64,000 nucleotides of DNA. Origin: Eubacteriales bacterium. GTDB taxonomy: Bacteria > Bacillota > Clostridia > Oscillospirales > QAKW01. The notes beneath the pieces were generated by a model. It worked only from the letters and a program-made list of their open reading frames with translations, was not told where the DNA came from and searched no databases. The stretch spans positions 22,086-86,085 of the forward strand of contig JAZTXG010000029.1 of assembly GCA_045636365.1 (NCBI GenBank), in the 5' to 3' direction. The first letter of the stretch is position 1. Every line of letters starts with the position of its first letter. Both the position numbers and the translations under genes were made by a program. This document shows positions 58,685 through 64,000 of the stretch, piece after piece.

Positions 58685-58856
58685 CCCCTCCACGTTCGGT
58701 TTTTACATCCCAAACGCTTCATCGAGAAATTATGGTATTCACTATAGCACACTAAAGCGATGATTTCAAGCCCTCTTTTGGATTTTGTCGAAATAACCAA
58801 AAGAATTCAAGGAAACCTTTATAGTTTATCCAATTTATATAGAAAAAAGGCAGAAA

Positions 58857-59861
58857 TCAATCTGCCTTTATTTTTTTAACTTTTCCTTTTTCATTTAATA
58901 TATATACCGCTTGATTTTCATAGGTGACCGCGATGGCCTTCTTTTCGCTGAGGAACGCGGCTTCTTTGGTTTCCGGTCGGTACCGCATCGGTAAGCCGAA
59001 ATCGTTGATATAGTATAGGCATCCGTCTTCGCCGCCGAAGATGGAAAGCGCCGGAGAGGGGAGAACCATCGAAGCGCCACCCGCTTTGTCGAGGGCAAGA
59101 ACCCCCATCGCCGCGCCGCTCTCGTCGTTGCAGGCGGCATAAAGCGTATCGGGGGTGGCGGCAAGGGCGCGAACCTTATGCTCTGTTTTGATTTTCGTTC
59201 CGTTGCAATAGAGCTCATTGTTTGTATCGATGATCCAGAGCGCATCCTCGAAGAAAGCAAAACTGATCGCGTCCAGCGGCGAAAGGGTCTCGATCTTATG
59301 CCCATCTTGCGCAATGTATTGCACCTTCCGTTGGGTATCGTTTAAATAATAAAGCCCACTCTCTGCAGCAATCAAGTTGCTGGCGTCGATGGCGGCGATC
59401 CGCTGCTTTAATCCGCGATAATCGGCATAGATGCCCTCTTCGGTCGCATAGTATGTCGTATCTGCTCCTTGCGCCACCGAATAGGCCTCTTTGTATTTTG
59501 GCATCCCCGCAATCCCGCCTCGATTCAAAAGAGCGCCCGCTTCTTCCGGAGTAGGTTGCGCGGTGGGTTCGGCTTGGATGCTGTATTTCTGCTCCAAAGC
59601 ATAAATGGTCAAGGGGTCGGCGCCCAAGGCGGCGTAGTTTGCCAAAAGTTGCTTTTGATAGGTGGTGTTGTCGGGTTCTTCTTCCAAAAGCGCCAAAAGG
59701 CAAAGATTTTGCTTGGAAAGGGAGTCTGCCTGCGCCAGGAGCGCTTTGGCATCGGGTGCTTTGGAGCGCAGTAAAAAGAAGGCTATGGTTGCGAGCCCTG
59801 CCAAAATTACCCCGATCAGGCACCCTAAAAATATGCGGTTTTTTCCATTTATCATAGTCAT
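58857..59861 (-). CDS. Membrane-anchored hypothetical protein (beta-propeller, DUF5050-like)
   Basis: N-terminal TM; repeated LYY[LI]N beta motifs. Confidence 0.65.
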   Translation of the reverse strand: MTMINGKNRIFLGCLIGVILAGLATIAFFLLRSKAPDAKALLAQADSLSKQNLCLLALLEEEPDNTTYQKQLLANYAALGADPLTIYALEQKYSIQAEPTAQPTPEEAGALLNRGGIAGMPKYKEAYSVAQGADTTYYATEEGIYADYRGLKQRIAAIDASNLIAAESGLYYLNDTQRKVQYIAQDGHKIETLSPLDAISFAFFEDALWIIDTNNELYCNGTKIKTEHKVRALAATPDTLYAACNDESGAAMGVLALDKAGGASMVLPSPALSIFGGEDGCLYYINDFGLPMRYRPETKEAAFLSEKKAIAVTYENQAVYILNEKGKVKKIKAD

Positions 59862-59976
59862 AGCAATATCATATCATAAAAATTTCGCGAATTAAAGTGT
59901 AAAATTGAAATTTTTTATTGACAATTTTTTTCTCTGGTGCTAAAATTTTTTTATTCTAATATAGGAGTGATGAAAG

Positions 59977-61329
59977 ATGGCATTGAAAAATGCGTACCTC
60001 AACGATCTTTATGCACGCGTTGAGAAGAGAAATGCCGGCGAGAGCGAATTCTTGCAGGCGGTTTATGAAGTTTTAGAATCTTTGGAGCCCGTTGCCGAGC
60101 AACGCCCCGACCTGATCGAAGCCGGTGTCTTCGAGCGGATGGTCGAGCCCGAAAGAATGGTCAGCTTCCGTGTACCTTGGATGGACGATAACGGTAAGGT
60201 TCAGGTCAACCGCGGCTATCGCGTTCAGTTCAATTCTGCAATCGGCCCTTATAAGGGTGGTATCCGTTTCCATCCCACTGTGAATGCGTCTATTATGAAG
60301 TTCCTCGGCTTTGAGCAGACCTTTAAGAACAGCCTCACCAGCCTGCCCATGGGCGGCGGTAAGGGCGGCGCAGATTTCGATCCCAGCGGCAAGTCCGATG
60401 CGGAAGTAATGCGCTTCTGCCAGAGCTTTATGACTGAGCTTTCCCGCCATATCGGCGCGGATACCGACGTTCCTGCCGGTGATATCGGTGTCGGTGCGCG
60501 TGAAGTTGGCTATATGTTTGGTCAGTATACGCGCCTGCGCAATGAATTTACCGGCGTTCTCACCGGTAAGGGCATTCCCTTCGGCGGTTCTCTGATCCGC
60601 CCCGAAGCCACCGGTTACGGCGCAGTATATTATGTGGTTGAATTGCTGAAATCCTTCGGCGATACCATCGAAGGCAAGACCTTTGCGGTCTCCGGCTTCG
60701 GTAACGTTGCTTGGGGTACCGTGAAGAAGGTTACCGAGCTGGGCGGTAAGGTGGTTGCTATCTCCGGCCCCGATGGATACGTCTACGATGCCGATGGTGT
60801 AAACACCGAAGAGAAGATCGAGTTTATGCTGGAAATGCGTGCCTCCGGCCGCAATAAGGTGCAGGATTATGCCGATAAGTTCGGCGTTCCCTTCTATGCA
60901 GGCAAGCGCCCCTGGGAGCAGAAGGTAGATATCATTATGCCTTGCGCCACCCAGAACGAAGTTGAAATCGCCGACGCGAAGAACATCGTTGCCAATAACG
61001 TAAAATATTACGTTGAAGTTTCCAATATGCCCACCACCGCCGAAGCGGTTGCCTATTTGAAGGAAAATGGCGTTGTCATCGCTCCTTCCAAGGCTGTTAA
61101 CGCAGGTGGCGTTGCTGTTTCCGGTCTGGAAATGAGCCAGAACTCCATGCGCTATAGCTGGACTGCTGAAGAAGTAGACGCGAAATTGCATCAGATCATG
61201 ACCAATATTTTCAAAGCATCCTATGAGGCTGCCGAGAAGTATGGTATGAAGGGCGATCTCATCGCCGGAGCCAACATTGCAGGCTTCCTGAAGGTAGCAG
61301 AAGCTATGAAGGCCCAAGGCGTAGTATAA
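59977..61329 (+). CDS. gdhA: NADP-specific glutamate dehydrogenase
   Basis: GPYKGGIRFHP, GGGKGG, PAGDIG, EATGYG, GFGNV. Confidence 0.97.
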   Translation: MALKNAYLNDLYARVEKRNAGESEFLQAVYEVLESLEPVAEQRPDLIEAGVFERMVEPERMVSFRVPWMDDNGKVQVNRGYRVQFNSAIGPYKGGIRFHPTVNASIMKFLGFEQTFKNSLTSLPMGGGKGGADFDPSGKSDAEVMRFCQSFMTELSRHIGADTDVPAGDIGVGAREVGYMFGQYTRLRNEFTGVLTGKGIPFGGSLIRPEATGYGAVYYVVELLKSFGDTIEGKTFAVSGFGNVAWGTVKKVTELGGKVVAISGPDGYVYDADGVNTEEKIEFMLEMRASGRNKVQDYADKFGVPFYAGKRPWEQKVDIIMPCATQNEVEIADAKNIVANNVKYYVEVSNMPTTAEAVAYLKENGVVIAPSKAVNAGGVAVSGLEMSQNSMRYSWTAEEVDAKLHQIMTNIFKASYEAAEKYGMKGDLIAGANIAGFLKVAEAMKAQGVV

Positions 61330-61605
61330 GAAACGCAGAATCGGCGCAGACCGAAAAATGCAAAAAGAGAAGAAATAGAAAATATGGAATCTCTACATAT
61401 ACTGTAATAAGGTGCAACCGCATCCCTCGGGATGCGGTTGTATTTTTGTTTTTTGCATTTTTCTATCGATTTTTTTCACCATCGACGTATCCATATACGC
61501 CTGATGGTGAAAGAAAATCGATTCTGCATCCAATTCTCCGTTTCTTATGTTCGTCTTTTTGCAATTAAAAAAGCGCCTGCAAAAGCAGGCGCTTTGAAGT
61601 TGCGC

Positions 61606-61785
61606 TTATTCTTCGGTAACGGTTTCCTCGGCTTCTTCTTCGGTGAAATCGGTCTCGAAAGAAAGGTTGGCAGGGGCGATGGTAGCCTTTTTCTTCATAT
61701 GTTTAATTACCAGAACAGCGGCGGTAACCGCAGCGGCAACGCTCAGAATTACAGAAATTAAAATAATAATATGGCTCTTTTTCAT
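61606..61785 (-). CDS. Small single-TM hypothetical protein
   Basis: MKKSHIIILISVILSVAAAV... with acidic tail; RBS. Confidence 0.6.
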   Translation of the reverse strand: MKKSHIIILISVILSVAAAVTAAVLVIKHMKKKATIAPANLSFETDFTEEEAEETVTEE

Positions 61786-61841
61786 CCTTTTTCCCCTTTC
61801 GGTTATTACTTTTATTATAATACCACAATTCGCGGCAAAAA

Positions 61842-62285
61842 TCAATCATTTTTCTCTTTGAAAATCCAAAATTGAAAGATGAGGAAATATAAAACCTCCG
61901 CAAGAGCGCGGCAGATATAATTCATAATAATCGGATGGCCGGTAATGTTTGCCAAGAAGATGGTGATATAATTGATAGCAAACTGCGCCATCACCACCGC
62001 CATGACCATGATCATCCCTTGCTTGAGGACAACGAAGATCTCCTGCTTGAATTGGCGATAGACCCAATATTTCAAAATAGGGAAGAGCAGGGCAAACCGC
62101 AGCAGAAAGGGCGCCATTGCCGCTTCGGGAGCGGTGAATAAAAACCGCTTTAAAAAGAACTCCGCCAGAGCAGTGACCAAAATGGCGGCGGTATAGCGCA
62201 AAATTTGCCCTTTGCGCCCGATCAGGTAATCATAAAACTGATCGGCTCGTTGATTCAGATTCTTTTTTTCTTTTCTTTTCGCCAT
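61842..62285 (-). CDS. GtrA-like membrane protein
   Basis: Four TM helices; QILRY N-terminus and FWIF C-terminus. Confidence 0.55.
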   Translation of the reverse strand: MAKRKEKKNLNQRADQFYDYLIGRKGQILRYTAAILVTALAEFFLKRFLFTAPEAAMAPFLLRFALLFPILKYWVYRQFKQEIFVVLKQGMIMVMAVVMAQFAINYITIFLANITGHPIIMNYICRALAEVLYFLIFQFWIFKEKND

Positions 62286-62530
62286 AGTATTCTCTCCTTT
62301 GTTCCGTATCAGTATATCATAAATTTGGGCAGATGAAAAGGGCTATGCGAAAAAAACATAGCCCTTCTCACCCAAACAAAAGAGAAATATGAAAAGTGCG
62401 GCATCTACCACGCTTTTTATTATAGCGATCAAATATGAAAATGGTGTGAACTGCATATGAATAAAGTTGACATTTTTTAATGAAAGGGGTATACTAATCC
62501 AAGTATCATTTATTGAAGGAAGTGTTATCA

Positions 62531-63352
62531 ATGGGATGCACCCATAATTGTGAATCCTGCTCTTCCAACTGCTCCGGTAAGAATACTCCCGAGAGTATGA
62601 TGGAAAAGCCCCATGAATTAAGTAATGTTAAAAAGATCATCGGCGTTGTCAGCGGCAAGGGCGGTGTCGGCAAAAGTATGATCACCTCCCTTTCGGCGGT
62701 GGCGATGCAGCGCCGCGGGTTCCGCACCGCGATTTTAGATGCGGATATCACCGGCCCCTCCATCCCCAAATCCTTCGGCTTGCAGGGCAGAGCCGAGTCC
62801 GACGGAAATACCCTGTATCCCGTCCATTCCAAGATGGGTACCCAAATTATGAGCCTCAATCTGCTGGTGGAGGATGAAGAATCTCCGGTGGTCTGGCGCG
62901 GTCCCATCATCGCAGGCGCGGTCAAGCAGTTCTGGACCGATGTCATCTGGAACGATGTGGACTATATGTTTGTCGATATGCCGCCGGGTACCGGCGATGT
63001 CCCCCTTACTGTTTTTCAATCCCTGCCGGTGGATGGCATCATTGTGGTGACCTCTCCGCAGGATCTGGTGTCGATGATCGTCGCTAAAGCGGTCAAGATG
63101 GCAAAGATGATGAATATCCCCATTTTGGGTATTGTCGAGAACTATAGCTACCTGCGCTGCCCCGATTGCGGCAAGGAGATCAAGGTCTTCGGCGAAAGCA
63201 AGCTGGAAGAGATCGCGAAAAAGAACGAGCTGAAGATTTTGGCAAGATTGCCCATCGATCCCGAGCTGGCATCTCTTTGCGATAAGGGAATGATCGAGCT
63301 TTTCGAAGGCGATTATGTAGAAACCATCGCCGATGCTTTGAGTCCTCAATAA
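62531..63352 (+). CDS. mrp: Mrp/NBP35 Fe-S carrier ATPase
   Basis: SGKGGVGKS, DADITGPS, DMPPGTGD, CPDC. Confidence 0.93.
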   Translation: MGCTHNCESCSSNCSGKNTPESMMEKPHELSNVKKIIGVVSGKGGVGKSMITSLSAVAMQRRGFRTAILDADITGPSIPKSFGLQGRAESDGNTLYPVHSKMGTQIMSLNLLVEDEESPVVWRGPIIAGAVKQFWTDVIWNDVDYMFVDMPPGTGDVPLTVFQSLPVDGIIVVTSPQDLVSMIVAKAVKMAKMMNIPILGIVENYSYLRCPDCGKEIKVFGESKLEEIAKKNELKILARLPIDPELASLCDKGMIELFEGDYVETIADALSPQ

Positions 63353-63370
63353 TTGAATTAAAACCGAGAT

Positions 63371-63400
63371 GCATTGCATCTCGGTTTTTTGTTCATACTA
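63371..63400 (+). promoter_or_regulatory. SigF/SigG-type promoter of gpr, overlapping the mrp terminator hairpin
   Basis: GCATT-N18-CATACTA. Confidence 0.6.
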
Positions 63401-63418
63401 CCTTTTGAGGTGATATCA

Positions 63419-64000
63419 ATGAAAAATCTTCCATCGGATCTGATGATCGAGCAGCTGGAAATGGCGCAAATAGAGCTTCCTCAGGGGGTTCGAAACCAAA
63501 CAACCCGACTGAATTATTGCACCGTTTGCGAGGTTTGTATTGAAAATGAGAGTGGCTCAAAAGCGTTGGGTCGAGAGATGGGGCGGTATATTACCATCGA
63601 AACCGAAAAGAGCTATCAGATCGGCGAGCCGGCTTTTGAAGAGATTGCATCTGCCTTGGCAGATCAACTGCGGCTGATGCTTGGCACGCGCAAACGGATC
63701 TTGATTTTAGGGATCGGCAATCCCAATATTACCCCCGATAGCTTGGGCTCCAAGGCGGTGGACCGCTTGATGGTCACCCGCCCTTTGAAGGAGCGCCCGA
63801 AGCAATATGCCTCAGTCAGCGCGATGGCAGCATCGGTCTTTGGTGTCAGCGGGATCGAAAGCGCCGAACTGGCGCAAGGGCTGGTTCATTCCATCGCACC
63901 CGAAGCAGTTATATTAATTGACGCGATGGCGACAGCCCGCTTGGAGCGGCTTTGCAAAACCATTCAGCTTTCGGATGCGGGCTTGACCCCCGGCGGCGGA
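63419..64000 (+). CDS. gpr: Germination protease GPR, truncated by window end
   Basis: Own translation: G.YITIE, LGIGNPNITPDSLG, G.SGIES, IDAMA.....RL..TIQLSD.G..PG.G. Confidence 0.88.
   Translation, partial: MKNLPSDLMIEQLEMAQIELPQGVRNQTTRLNYCTVCEVCIENESGSKALGREMGRYITIETEKSYQIGEPAFEEIASALADQLRLMLGTRKRILILGIGNPNITPDSLGSKAVDRLMVTRPLKERPKQYASVSAMAASVFGVSGIESAELAQGLVHSIAPEAVILIDAMATARLERLCKTIQLSDAGLTPGGG

Noticed and set aside
61330-61600. Possible ncRNA downstream of gdhA
   Set aside because: Only two terminator-like hairpins are visible; no recognisable RNA family motif

Overview
Chromosomal segment of a spore-forming, SLH-bearing Clostridia-class bacterium (Oscillospirales-like; inferred from gene content). 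Most of it is housekeeping: glmM, ireB/reoM, T-box-controlled pheST, nnr-alr-uppP, tRNA-fMet, dut, spoIID-spoIIQ, fba, mnmA, CIRCE-hrcA-grpE-dnaK-dnaJ, a sugar ABC transporter, a glycine riboswitch with an alanine/glycine symporter, gdhA, mrp and gpr. The outstanding feature is a compact, intact, ~9.9 kb podovirus/P22-like virion operon at 31113-40993 (short TerS candidate, TerL, portal, scaffold, capsid, decoration/adaptor/nozzle, a stub fibre anchor, one ejection-like protein, holin, M23-SLH endolysin). It has no integrase, replication, repressor or att features and sits directly between ordinary host genes. A separate three-gene regulatory cassette (XRE, Zn-ribbon, RinA/ArpU-like activator; 41732-42429) lies one host gene away, abuts spoIIQ, and has a cluster of Spo0A-box-like heptamers upstream. 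Together these suggest a domesticated, possibly sporulation-coupled gene-transfer-agent (GTA)-like system; this is inference, not proof. Other oddities: a tRNA-fMet flanked by a duplicated 5' fragment and an inverted 3' copy, a 17-bp inverted repeat bracketing glmM, an atypical Ser/Thr kinase module, an OPT+PqqD/RRE pair and a DUF3810-like protein lacking HExxH. All protein calls are by eye from motifs and synteny; no database searches were run.
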